A stretch of 63,076 bases of DNA, the filler included, from Welwitschia mirabilis (taxonomy: Eukaryota), in NCBI GenBank assembly GCA_051453625.1. It is 3 parts of one record of this genome, joined end to end, with 100 filler letters (N's around TTAATTAATTAA, not from the genome) between each part and the next. Parts side by side here need not be neighbours in the genome. Positions count along the whole stretch, not along the records: positions 48,676 to 63,076 come from JBOZIK010000001.1; 2 more parts are not named here. One strand, given 5' to 3'. This document shows positions 49,951 through 63,076 of the stretch, piece after piece. Under the pieces are notes generated by a model. The model made no database searches and had not been told where the DNA came from. It was given only the letters and a program-made list of their open reading frames with translations. How positions within the stretch are numbered: the first letter of the stretch is position 1; each line of letters begins with the position of its first letter. Both the position numbers and the translations under genes were made by a program.

Positions 49951-52719
49951 TTTTTACCTGATAGACATAACAAAACCTAGGATCAAATTCTAATTACTTC
50001 TTTATTAGAATTTCTATATTCTAAATTATAATAAAGATAAAACACATTAATATTATATATTTACCTCTAATTCATTTCTAGATTATTTTGGTTTATAAAT
50101 AATAGCAATGTCATAACTTTTTATCCTCCATTTATTTCTAGTCTTTTATTACATAAAATATATCTTATGATTAGTTGAGGAGATGTAAATTTGTTTTTAA
50201 CACACATGACTAGGTTTTAAAGATAATACCTAACCAATATAATAGAAAGTTGCAAATCCAATTAATGGCATTCCAACTCAATATCTAGCCATCCTCCAGA
50301 TGTGAGTTTAATCTCCTTCAAGTTTAAAACATGCTAAAACTCAACTTCATAGGCTTTCACTTCATTTTGATATATTTCCAATATAGGTAATAGGTAATTT
50401 GTGAGGTGGATGCATGCTTACAAATGATCTTAACTTCTTTAAAGCATCTTTAAATGATGAAACATGATCCATCAATGTCAAGGGCTCAAGATATTAAGTT
50501 GGAGTAAGTCCATACATGGGTGGGATAGAGAATGGTGATTAAGTCCACTTATAAAAGGGTAATATATATAAACAAAATACAATGCAACTTACTTTGGTGA
50601 TGAAATCCACGTATGGGGATGAACACTATTAGAATTATTTTGATTTACATCTATTTGATAAATACACCATACGAAATGTACATAAAAAATTCTAAATAAT
50701 GTGGATATGTAATGAATTATTTATCTAGTTATAATAATAATATTCATCATTCATTTCATTTCATAAAATAACATTAAAAAAATTAAGCATATAAGAACAT
50801 TTCATTTTCAATATTATAATAATAAAAGTCTAGATAAAGGAAATATTATTTTATTTTCTATTTAACTAAAGGAAATATTATTTTTACCTTGTAATAATAA
50901 TAATAAAAACACTCAAGATGTATTAAATAATATCTTAATAATGTACTTAAAGAAAGAAAAACATATCTAGAGCTTTGCCAATTCTAGAAACATTTTTCAT
51001 GCTCATATAACAATCTCCATGGATTGGTGCAAGGAATATAAACAAATGAACATATAGCTTAAGCATAATTGTTAAGATATAAATCTTTATCCAATATTCA
51101 TATAGCTATATAATAAGTCAAATAGAAAAATAATAATAATATAGAAACTACTTATGTTACTTAAATGAATAAGCTAAAAACTTTTAAAAGCATGCACATT
51201 TAAAGTAAGCTAAATAAAAAGAATAAAAGAGATATTTCTATAAATAAATACCACTTGTAGATAATTTAACTTAAATTTACTAATATAAACATATTTTATA
51301 TACCCAATTTCCCTAAAACATTTTGTGCAATAATTTTTCTATCATTTTAAACCTTAATTATAGCATTTTTAGGTTATAAAGATACTTCATAGTTAAAAAT
51401 TAATAATTAATTAATTATGAAGAAAAAAGTAAATTTTAGTAGTATTCCAAAAACTAGACACATAATAGGATCCTCAGAGTCTAATTTAAATTATCTTGAA
51501 ATTTAGAAATATCATTTCCAAGATTATCATTTAAGGTTAAAAACTATAAAAGTTTCTAAAATTATAGCCCTATATTACATTAAAATGGTCATAAGATATA
51601 AAATTTTACTAATTAATACCTAATATATAATAAGATATAATGTTTTTATCCTATGCCTCTATTCTAAAAATTTAATTTTCTCATATCAAAAATATGATAA
51701 AGTTTTTACAACTAGTTAAATAAAAACTTAGATCATTAAAATAATGGGTATTCTAACTAATTACTTAAAAATGAAAAAATAAATTATAGAAAGACAGATC
51801 ATTATAGGAAAAAAAATTAACTTAAAAAGAACCATTTACTATAAATCTTGGGATTTGCATAGAAGAGTACTAGCCTAAAGAGATTTTTTTTAAGGATCAA
51901 ACTTTGCCCCTAATAAGATCGTTCTAATGTATAATAGATAAAAATATAATATTAAAATAAACATGGGTATCTTTTTTTAATGTAAATAGTGAATACCCTA
52001 GTAATTTGGCTATAATTATCTATTAGTAATCCTCCATCACCAAGTATAAGAGACCCCTTATATCTCACTATAATTTATTGATGAGAGCCAATGGGAGGAA
52101 ATAATATTTTATAACATAATTGGATAAAGGCTATAAATGATTTTTAATGTAATATCAGATTATTTTAATAGAAAAAAGATCATATTAATAATAAAAGTAA
52201 AGAGTTTACTTGGAAAGATTAGTAATACCTTGATAGTTAAAGATTGATAAAGATCTAAGCTCAATAGTTCCTTAGCTCTAAGATCTCAGGTTTTTACAAA
52301 TATAGAGAAACAAAGGAACATATCTCAAGATCACAAGATCATATGATTTAGCATTAATAAGTTGAATGAGTAATAAGTGACATTAGAATACAAAAAGGGA
52401 TCATATTTATGACTTATGTATCTAACTAAGCTAAGAAATATTTTTGCTTATATTATGAAGGTTAATTACATGCATTATTTCCTCGTGCTATCTTTTTTTA
52501 ATCCTTCATAAGCTTATAAGTAAGTTTAATTCATTTAAGACATGCATAAAAATAATAATTCATCAATCTCAAAATTTTCACATGGCACAATNNNNNNNNN
52601 NTTTAATTCAATGAATAAAGCAATGAGTATGTTATGAACCGAATGCCCTTATATATCTCAAGAACATAAAATTCATGATAGAGTACTATTAGATTATTTT
52701 TTATTAATTCATGTCAAGT

Positions 52720-54193
52720 AATGTTTTTTGTGTAGCAAATTTTCTGTATCTTATGCAAAAGATGTTAATCACTTGTAGGTTTAATAATGAAATCAAAAAC
52801 ATTGAATTTTGATTACTAGAAACTTATCAAGTTCAATTACCCTGTTGAGGCATTGATCAACTTTCAAGGGATCGACCACACCTAAAGTAGACACTTAGAA
52901 ATTGAATTAAATTTAGAGGAGTCGAATAGATTTCTAATGGAGTGGACTAGACATATGATTTTGAGAGCTAGTATCCCTAAATCAAATGAAAAGGTATCAA
53001 CTAGAACTTTATGAAATCAACTGTATTTATAAACCTGGTAGCAGTATTCCTAAATTGAATGACAAGGGTTTGACAGGACATATGATGGAGTCGACTAGAC
53101 CTGTAAACCTAAGAATAGTACTTCTAAAGTGATTGTAAAGGAGTTGACTAGACTTTTAAAGGGATCAACTAAACTTGATTACTATATTATTAATATCCTT
53201 GAGCTAGTTATTATAAGGTTGACCAGATACCTGAAGGGATTGACTGGACCTAATCAAAGAAATTGGAATGATCTTTTATTAGGACTATCGGGTGACTAGA
53301 TATAATGACAGGAGACCAAATTGGGACCAATTGAATGCTAAGGGGTCGACTAGACATAGAGTCATAAGAAACTAGAACAATTAAAAATTTCACTAGGATG
53401 GCCTATGTAAGTCACAATACCAAATGGAGTCAACCAGACTTCTGATGGATTAATTAGCTAGAATAAAACTAAAATTTTCTATTCATTTTGTATTATTATA
53501 TATATGTTAGATAGCCATTTTCTAGTCATTTATAGCCATTAGAAGTGAATTTTTAAAGTAATAAATCTTAAATGCCTTTCAATATAAATAGCCAAGAGAG
53601 AAATAATGAAAGAATCTTTTTTGACCCATGAAAAAGTATTAAAATCTTGTGATATTCACTGTTGGATCTTGACATTTATACTTCTGACTAAGGAAGATCT
53701 ATCATCTATGTTATCTGTACATTCAAGGTCAGATCTATGCTTTATCTATTATACATCTATAGGAGAAGAGCTCCATCAAATTCACTGTATCAAGAATAAG
53801 TGATATTTGTGCATCAGAGCATTCTTACCATTGCTACTACATCCTCTGAAGGTTGAGACTGAGCCCACAAAAGTCTATTTGTAAAGGTTACAAGTAAATC
53901 TGCAATACTTAAAAGACTTAATAAATATATGGATCAAGATTAGAAATAAGATAATCATTGAGAGTAAAGCAAGAAGCTTCTTAAACCACTATAAAATCTT
54001 GTATGTATCTATTTAGTATTCTATGCTTTTTATCAGTTTCATTACTTTAAATACTTTTAGTTTTTTTTATATGCAGAACTTTTTTAGCAAATTATTATAA
54101 CCAAGTTTTCAATATTTCATGAATTTTTACTTTATTTTATGTTAATTTTTGAAAAACTATTCACCTCCTCTTCTAAGGTTCTTGATCCTATTA
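52720..54193 (+). repeat. Sirevirus-like 5' LTR (start approximate)
   Basis: Cluster of GTCGACTAGAC-like motifs at 52850-53450, TATAAATAG at about 53583, and end CTATTCACCTCCTCTTCTAAGG..CCTATTA followed by the PBS. Confidence 0.8.
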
Positions 54194-54195
54194 AT

Positions 54196-54207
54196 TGGTA
54201 TCAGAGC
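54196..54207 (+). promoter_or_regulatory. Primer-binding site, tRNA-iMet
   Basis: Perfect TGGTATCAGAGC, 2 nt after the LTR end. Confidence 0.95.
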
Positions 54208-54260
54208 CAAGTTAAGTTTTTTTTTTAGATTTTAACTAATCTAGACTTTAGAACCCTATA

Positions 54261-56877
54261 ACGTGTAATTCCTTTATTAATTCTTCAAATATGCCCTTCT
54301 TAGATACATGTACTTTTACTTGTATATTTTGTATAACATGTAGATATTTCTTTCAAACTGATTGTAAATACTAAAAATAAAAAGAAGTCAAGTAAAAGTG
54401 ATAATAGATTAGTTTAAAAATTTGACAAAGAGAAGAGACCTTTCTTCATGGTACTTGTGCTTTCTTTACAAAATGTGCCCAATACATTAGATCATAATGA
54501 CTTTGATCTGATTGATGAAGAATAGGATGAGCTAGAAGACTCCTGTCAAGAACTATATCAAGAATGTGAAAAGCTAGTTAAAAGAATAAACAAGCTAAAC
54601 AACATTGTAAAATCTCTCACTTAAAAAAAAAGAATGAAATAGAATCAAGTTTTAATAAGATCAAATCTAAAAATTCCAACCTTATCCTATAGGTAAAAGA
54701 GTTATCTCATTTTGTTAATAAAATTTCTAGTGGCTCTTTAAATTAGAATAGATGCTTGAAGTTTAGAAATCTATGGGTGACAAATCAGGTATTAGGTTCA
54801 TATCTAAAAAACATTAAAAATACCAAAATTATGCATCATGAGATAGTTGTTATTTTTGTGGAAAAATTAGTTATTGAAAACTTTTGAAAATGCTAGAAAA
54901 TTAATGTTATTTTCAAACTAAATTAGTACCATTACTTTTAAATTTATTTCAAAAGGAGGTGTATCACTTAAATCTAAAAATACTATGTTTGTGAAAGCCA
55001 ATGATTTTAAAATTCCTTTAATTTAGATAGCTTTCAAGGTTTAAATAATAGTAGCTAGTATCTAGATTTTGGGTGCTCAAGACATATGATAGGAGATAAA
55101 TCCAAGTTCAAGCAATTAAGTAACTTTGATGGAGGAGAGGTAACTTTTAATGATAATAGGAGAGCAAAAATAAAAGGCATTAGAAGCATTGATGAAGGTA
55201 ACCTTTCTAGAATTAATGAAGTTTTGTATACAAATGGTTTAAAGAATAATTTATTAAGCATTAGTCAAATTTGTGACAAAGGTCACAAGATAGGCTTCAA
55301 TAAATTAAAATGTAAAATCTTACATGGAAAATCTAATGATATAATTCTTAGAGAAAGTAGAATAGACAACATATATAGCATATATCAATCATTTTCTCCA
55401 TGTCATTTTTCAAATGTTCCTTAAAAAGAGCTTTGGCATAAACAATTAGGTCATGTTAACTATGATCAATTAAAAATGATTATTTGTAAAAACATTATGA
55501 AAGGTATTCCTAATATAAACATAGAAAAATAAGGCTTATCTGATGCATGCCAAAAAGGAAAAAAAATAAGAAATTTACATAAAAATAAAAACCATACTTC
55601 CACATCTATGCCATTAGAGCTTATCTATATGGATCTAGTAGGTCCTACTTAAACTTAAAGTCTAAGTTAAAAACATTATTTTCTTACTATTTTTGACAAT
55701 TTCTCTAGATATACTTACTTAGCCTTCATGTTAAAGAAATCTAAAGTTTACAAAAATTTGGTTGAGATATGTAAAAATATTCAAAAACAAAAGGAATATA
55801 CCATTAAAAAAATAAGAAGTGATCATGGTGATGAATTTGAGAATCATTTTTTGAGAAATATTGCATTAATAATAGAATTGATTATTAATTTTTAGCCCTA
55901 AAGATACCACAACAAAATGGTATAACTAAAAAAAAATAATATAGTCTTCCAAGAAATGGCATGAACTATGTTAAATGATAAGGAGGTTCCAAAATCGTTT
56001 TGGGTTAAGGCAGTTAGCTTAGCATGCTACATTATTAACAGAGTATATCTTAAGCCTCATACAGATCAAACACCATATAAGTTATGTAAAGGAACATAAC
56101 CTAATGTATCATATTTTAAAGTCTTTGAAAGTAAATGCTATGTACTAAAAGATAGAAAACACTTGAGTAAATTCAAGTCTAAAGTAGATAAAGCTATTTT
56201 TTTGGGTTACTCAACTAGAAGTAGAGCCTATCGTGTTTTCAACAAGGAAAGTTTAATAGTTGAAGAGTTAATAAACATGCAAATTAATGAGATTAACACA
56301 AGACCAAACCACATAGATGTAAAGGAAGTTATAACTATAAGTATTTCCATAATGAATGAAGATACTACTAAAAGTAATGAAGTTTCATCAAAAGAAGGCA
56401 CACCAAAAAATCCCAAACTACTAAAAGATCATCCTTTAAAATATATTATTGAAGAAGTTAATTCAAAAATAAATACAAGAGGTTCTATGAAAAATTTATT
56501 TGCTTGTGTTTGTTATGTTTCAAAAATAAAACCCAAGAAATTTGAAGAAGATGAAATTCATGAGGAATGGATGATGGCAATGCAAGATGAGCTACAACAG
56601 TTCAAGAGGAATTATGTTTAGAAGCTTGTAGAAAGGCCAAAAGATAAAAATGTCATTGGAATTAAGTGAATTTTTAAAAACAAATGTGATGAAGAAATCA
56701 ATGTCATTAAAAACAAGGAAAGATTGGTAGCACAAGCCTATAATCAAATAGAAGGCATTAATGTAGGTGATACTTTTGCTCATGTTGCAAGGCTAAATAT
56801 CATTAGAATGTTTTTGTCTTTTATAGCCTATAAAAATTTCAAAGTTTATCAAATGGATGTGAAGAGTTCTTTTCTAA
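54261..56877 (+). pseudogene. Sirevirus-like gag (capsid-deleted)-pol, copy A
   Basis: Coiled-coil ELEDSCQELYQECEKLVK; CYFCGK; *YLDFGCSRHMIGDKSKF (PR); LWHKQLGHVN; LIYMDLVGP, IRSDHGDEFEN and PQQNG (INT); LVAQAYNQIEG..YQMDVKSSFL (RT). Ends at an N gap. Confidence 0.9.
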
Positions 56878-56977
56878 NNNNNNNNNNNNNNNNNNNNNNN
56901 NNNNNNNNNNNNNNNNNNNNNNNNNNNNNNNNNNNNNNNNNNNNNNNNNNNNNNNNNNNNNNNNNNNNNNNNNNNNN

Positions 56978-59945
56978 ATTCCTTTATTGATTTTTCAAAT
57001 ATGCCCTTCTTAGATATCTAATACTTTTATTTGTATATTTTGAATATTATATGAATATATTTTTAAATAGATTGCAAATAGTGAAAATGCAAAGGAGTCA
57101 AGTGAAAGTAATATAAGATTAGTTCAAAAATTTGACAAAGACAGGAGACTTTCTTTTATGGTAGTTGTGCCTCCCTTATAAATTTACCCAACACATCAGA
57201 TAGAGATATGTTCAATGAAGAATAGGATAATCTAGAGGATACCTATCAAAAGTTATACCCAAAATGTGAAAAGTTAGATAAAAGGATAGATGATTTAAAT
57301 AGGATTGTAAAATATCTTACTAAGAAAAAGGAGGAGATGGAATTGAGATATAAGAAGATCAAGTCTGAAAACTTTGACCTCATTCTTTAGGTAAAAGATT
57401 TATCTCACTTTGTTAATAAATTTTCTGGTAGTTCTTCCAAATTAGAATAGATGCTTGGAGTTCAAAAACCTACTGATGGTAAGAAAGGTAGTACGTTCCT
57501 CTCTCAAAAAACTCAAAGAAAGCAAAGTTAGGTAACATGGCAAAGTAAGTTCTTCTCAGATGTTACATGTCATTTCTGTGAAAAAAATTGGTCATTTAAA
57601 ATTCTTGTACAATGCTAAAAATTTAATGTTGTTATAAACTTAGTTAGTAATTCTCCTTTTAAATTTATTTAAAAATGAGGTATACCATGTAAGTTTAAAA
57701 AAACTATCTGGATAAAAGCTAATGAACTTAAAAGTCATTTAATTTAAACAACTTTTAAGGTTTCAAATAGTAGTAGCTGGTATTTGGATAGTGGGTGCTC
57801 AAGGCATATGATAGGAGACAAATCTAGGTTCAAGTAATTAAGAAAATTTGATAGAAAATAGGTAACTTTTGGTGACAACAAGAAAGAAAAAATAGAAGGC
57901 ATTGGAAGCATTGGTGGAGGTAAACTTCATAGAATTAATGAAGTTTTATACATAAATGATTTAAAGCATAATTTATTAAGTATTAGTCAAATTTGTGGCA
58001 AAGGTCATAAGGTAGTCTTCGATAAATAAAAATGTAAAATCTTACATGGAAAATCTAATGATATAATTCTTAGAGCAAGTAGAATAGATAAAGCATATAG
58101 CATAGATCAGTTATTTTTTCTATATTATTTTTGAAATATTCCTTAAGAAGAGCTTTGGCGTAAACAATTAGGTCATGTTAATTATGATTAGTTGAAAATA
58201 ATTATTTGTAAAATATTATGAAAGGTATCTTTAAGATAAATGTAGAAAAATCAGGCTTATGTGATGTATGCCAAAAGGAAAAAAATAAGGACTTCACATA
58301 AAATTAAATACTAGCTTCCATATCTATGCCATTAAAGCTACATATGGATTTCATAGGTTCCACTCAAACTCAAAGTCTAAATGGAAAATGTTATTTTCTT
58401 ACTATGGGTGATGATTTTTATAGATATACTTGAGTATCCTTCTTGTTAAATAATTCTGAATATTACAAATATTGGATTAAGATATGTATAAAGATTCAAA
58501 ATGAAAAAGGGTATACCATAAAGAAAATAAGAAGTAATCATGGTATTGAATTTAAGAATCATTTTTTTTAGAAATATTGCATTGATAATGGAATTGGTCA
58601 TCCATTTTCAACCCCAAAGACATTACAACAAAATGGTATAGCTAAAATAAATAACAAAATCCTCAAAGAAATGGCATGAACTATGTTATATGATAAGGAG
58701 GTTCCTAGATCTTTTTGGATAAAAGCAATTATCACAACATGCTACATCATTAATAGAGTATATCTTAGGCTTGATATAGATAAAATGCCATATAAGTTAT
58801 AAAAAGGAAAACAATCTAATGTGTTATTTTTATTCAGAATTAAATGCTATGTGCTAAAAAATATAGAACATTTGAGCAAATTCAGGTCCAAAGCAGATGA
58901 ACCTATCTTTTTGAATTACTCAACTAGAAGTTGAGCTTATTGTGTTTTCAACAAGAGAAATATAATAATAGAAGAATCAATAAGTGTATAAATTGACGAT
59001 ATTAACACAAAAACAAACTACATAGTTGAAGAGGAAGTCATAACTACAAGTATTCCTACAACTAATGAAGGAACTACTAAAAGTAATGAAGTTTCATCAA
59101 AAGAAGGCATACCAAAAAAGCCTAAATTATTAAAATATCATTTCTTAGAATCTATTATTAAAGAAGTTAATTTAAAATTAAAGATAAAAGGATCTATGAA
59201 GAATTTGTATGCTCATGTCTATTATGTCTCAAAAATAAAACCCAAGAAATTTGAAGAAGCTATAATTTATGAGAAATGGATGATGGAAATGCAAAGTGAG
59301 CTATAATAGTTTAAGAGAAATGATTTTTGAAAGCTAGTAGAAATTTCAAAAGATAAAAATATCATTGTAAGTAAGTGTATTTTTAAAAACAAATGTGATG
59401 AACAAAATAGTGTAATTAAAAATAAGGCAAGATTAGTAGCACAAGGCTACAATTAAATAGAAGGCATTGATGTAGGTGATACTTTTGCTCCACTTGCAAG
59501 ACTAGATACCATGAGAATGTTTTTACCTTTTGCAGCTTATAAAAATTTTAAAGTTTATCAAATAGATGTAAAGAATGATTTTCTAAATGGTACTTTAAAT
59601 GAAGAAATCTATGTAAAGAAACCATAAGGTTTTATTAATCCTTATAAAAATGACCATGTTTATAGACTTAAGAAAGCTTTGTATGGATTGAAATAAGTTC
59701 TAAGAGCTTGGTATGAGAAGCTAGCCACTTTTTTAAATGGAAATAGATATATTCATGGAATTATAAATAAAACTTTATTTGTAAGAATCTTGAAAATGAA
59801 TTTTATTATTATATAGATTTATGTAGATGATATTATTTTTAATTCCTCAAATGAAAAGTTGTTAAAATAATTTGTAACTATTATGATAAATCATTTTTAA
59901 ATGGGTATGCTTGGTAAAGTAAAAATATTTCTTGGAGTATAGATC
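56978..59945 (+). pseudogene. Sirevirus-like gag (capsid-deleted)-pol, copy B
   Basis: Co-linear with the sequence from 54268. WYLDSGCSRHMIG at 57778; integrase; RT with LKKALYGLK and YVDD (59820-59831). Cut by a gypsy insertion at 59946. Confidence 0.9.
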
Positions 59946-62900
59946 TATTGCACTGCCAACTTACATGTATTTAATAGTGTATTCTAAGTTATTTTACAGG
60001 TAAATTAGCAGATAAATGCTTAGTTCTCATGATAATGAAGAACTGGAATGAAAAGAATCAAAACATATAATTCCTAGTTATATTATAATAATTTTGTGTA
60101 GATATGGACAAATGACATTTTGGATAATGATTCTTACAAATAATAAAGCGATTAGATTAAATGAATATTGATAAAAGACCATTGTCCACCTCATCATCTG
60201 GATGGCACCATCGGATGACATCTCCAACTGGTCGNNNNNNNNNNTTACATGCAGTTCATAAGCAGATCAACTAGAGTAAACTAGGAGATCTATCTATCAG
60301 TCAACATCATCTTCTATACCATTCAAATTACCAGATGGATAATACTAATCTCTCATATTTTCTTCGAATGTTTACCTGAGTTGTCGTCACTTTATTGTGA
60401 CTTTTCTTTGCATGTTAGCTAAGGTTTTTTTCATACTCTTCTATCAGTTTCCCTTTCTTTTCTATTTATAAATAAAGATCTGTCCCTTGATCCCTAATTA
60501 TCTTTGATAGTATCTTACATACTCATGATAAAGGATCTTAAGACCAGAAAACAATTCTGTGATTGCAAAGTAATGTTTGCTTGGTGTTGGGTGGTTTTTC
60601 CTCCATTGAGAAATGGCTACTTTATAATGTAAATGTTAAATGCGTTTTTAATATGAGTTATTTTCTTTTGTGTTTAACATAGACATGATCTTCTCCATCA
60701 TAGTTTATGTTATTTTAGATTAAGTAATAAGCTTCTTTTCTAATATAGGCTATGAGGGTAGCCTTTGTCAAGGTTGAGCTTAGCTAATTTAGGTGCATCA
60801 TTATTTCCTTTCCTAGATTATTTTTACATAAATATGTTTTATTATTTCATTTCCACGTATTGCAATTTATTTTAATAGGTTAGGATTACATAATTTTCTC
60901 TTGAAAGCAACTCTTTTATATTCATACTTTGGCCTTCAATGGAATTATGACATTTGGATCACTCCTATCTATACTAGTGTGTTATATTTGTGCATATTAT
61001 TTATGATTAATAGGATTTAGCTCAAGATGTAAATGTTGCATAAATATGCACTACAACATCTTAGCATGGTTACCGGGAAAGGCTATTTGGAGATCAAGAG
61101 TTATCATTGCTTCAGTGGATATTCTAAATGTTTACTGCATCAGTAGTGTACTAGTACCTTCTTTAAGTTTTTGTTTCAGTTTGTTTCCTGCTAACCTCTA
61201 ACATAACCTTCATCATCTAGACATCATAGTCAAATGACTATCCCATTTTCTGCTTTCCCTCTTTCTATGATTTTCTGTGATTCTATCATCCAGGTTATCG
61301 TCTGGATGATGTATAGAATGTGACCTTCTTAGATAGAGTCTGAATGATTAAAATTGGAAAAAAGAAAAAGTATAAGAAAAAGAAATAGTTGATTACTAAA
61401 AACATTAGAGAATGTTTGATAGATTTTGAAATAGAAATAAATCAAAATATCAAATGTATGAAAGATTTAGAATTTCCTGTAATTTCTACTTTTAACTCTA
61501 TAAAGTCTGATTTTGATATCATGTCGACCTCTATCCAAAAGCTTAATTAACCTGTTTCTCCAATTCCACTCCGTATCATTGGAACTCTCACTTCTACTTC
61601 TTCTCAACCTAATACTCATGCTACTTTGAGAGATCTTTTAGCAAATAAAAAATATAAAATCCAAAATCTTTTCGACTTACCTCCCAGTGATAATGTAGAA
61701 CTTCAAAACTTGAATACTTACCCTAACTTTAGTGAAAATCCTAATGAAGATAATTTGCAATACATTACTGAAATTGAACAACTAATCCTTACTTTTAAAA
61801 ATGGTAAAAAATGAATAAGTAATAGAACCTATATGATTATCTTTCCCATAACCTTGAGAAATAAAGCAAAACTTTAGCTTAGAATGATTTCCCATAAGAG
61901 CATGAAATCTTAGAGTTAAGTTCAAGAATCCTTCATCAAGAGATTCATGAGTAAAAGCACCATCTAGAAGTATAAGAAAAAAGTTAAAAACTTTCAACAA
62001 TTACCTAATGAAGACTATTTCTTTGCCTATGAGCGATTCTTTGTTGCTTTACATTTAAACCCTATAGATGCCTTTTCAAAGGTAGAGTTAATGATCTATT
62101 TTTATAGTGGATTAAATAGTTATACCAAGCAACTTATAAATTTCTCTTGTGAAGGTAAACTCTTGATCCAAATCTTAGGAGATGATTAGAAGTTGTTGGA
62201 AGATTTAGTGGAAGTCAAACTTAGCCTAAACCCTTCTTTAGAGAAAACTGAATAGTAGGCCAAATCATTAAGGATCTAAAAGAAGTTAAGCATGACAAGA
62301 ATGAAACTGAAGTAAAAAATAAACCAACTAGAATTATTAAGGATTTCACTTCTACCTTATAGAAATAAACCCAAATGATCCTTGATGCTAAAGTGATAAC
62401 TAAGAATAGTGAAGTTATTATTCCAATATGTGATTTGTGTGAAGATAGTTATCATGTCACAAAATATTTTCCTTTACTTTCTACTTACAAAGAGAGAATT
62501 TATAAGGAAGTGTGTACTTTTAATCAAAAACCTTCCAACTACATGCAAAACCATAATCAAATACAAGTCCCAAGTTACAATTTTCAAAATAGGATGAGTG
62601 AGCAATGAAATTCTAGAAACTTCCAAATACCTTATCCTAAATTCTAGCCTTTCAAAAGTCAATTTGAACATTTAAACTTTTAATCCAGCCATTCAAATAA
62701 CTTAGCAAGCCCTTCCAACTCCTAAAATCATAGTGATCCTCTTAGTAATTTCATTGATAAATTAAGAAAAACTCAAGGGAAGATAAACACAAACATAAAA
62801 AATATTGTAGGTCTCTTATAAAAAACCATGCTCACCAATCAAAGACCACAAGGGACCCTTGTCACTCAACTTTTACTGAATCCTAACAAAGTATAAAAAA

Positions 62901-63076
62901 ATTATAAAGTGGTGTTAAAGAGTGAAAATGACATTACTCCACCTACTCATAAGGTTTTAACTTCCCAAAATGATAAAAATGATGAGGAAGAGGACATATA
63001 AATCCTAGAAAATCATTCCTTCCCTTCTTCACTTAGCAACAAAAAGAAAGACTCTTCACAAAAGAAATCTGCTATT
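59946..63076 (+). mobile_element. Athila-like family B element (5' LTR 59946-61058, PBS-like site 61062-61079, gag) inserted in the copia RT
   Basis: The LTR is the reverse complement of 42893-43978 and ends CTACAACA, then TAGCATGGTTACCGGGAA. Gag ORFs 61626-61814 and 62375-62608 are homologous to 39383-39565 and 38520-38762. Confidence 0.88.

Noticed and set aside
52850-53450. Spaced short repeats resembling a CRISPR array
   Set aside because: The motifs are short, degenerate and irregularly spaced, lie inside a plant LTR, and have no cas genes nearby.
54268-59945. Copies A and B as an assembly duplication
   Set aside because: They differ by many substitutions and indels throughout, unlike the near-identical gap-edge duplicates.

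Overview
AT-rich, CpG-depleted eukaryotic (almost certainly plant) heterochromatin-type DNA made nearly entirely of old, decayed, nested LTR retrotransposons. There is no intact host gene. The long ORFs in the supplied track are N-gap artefacts. Two artificial N44-TTAATTAATTAA-N44 linkers (24063-24162, 48576-48675) split the window into three separately assembled pieces. Main content: (1) several Athila-like Ty3/gypsy elements and LTRs; (2) a 12-kb head-to-tail array (5582-17711, minus strand) of gag-only Sirevirus-like Ty1/copia units that share LTRs, inserted as one block into a gypsy LTR; (3) two successive copies (about 52.7-59.9 kb) of a related Sirevirus-like element that keep PR-INT-RT but lack about 550 nt of the Gag capsid core, the structural complement of the array units; (4) a third Sirevirus-like element with a collapsed pol and an ENV-like ORF split by a 15-kb nested gypsy block; (5) a decayed BAHD acyltransferase fragment inside an insertion; (6) a copia RT/RNaseH remnant. 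The most interesting hypothesis is a split Sirevirus system of gag-only plus capsid-less pol elements. All family assignments come from motif recognition by eye, not from database searches.
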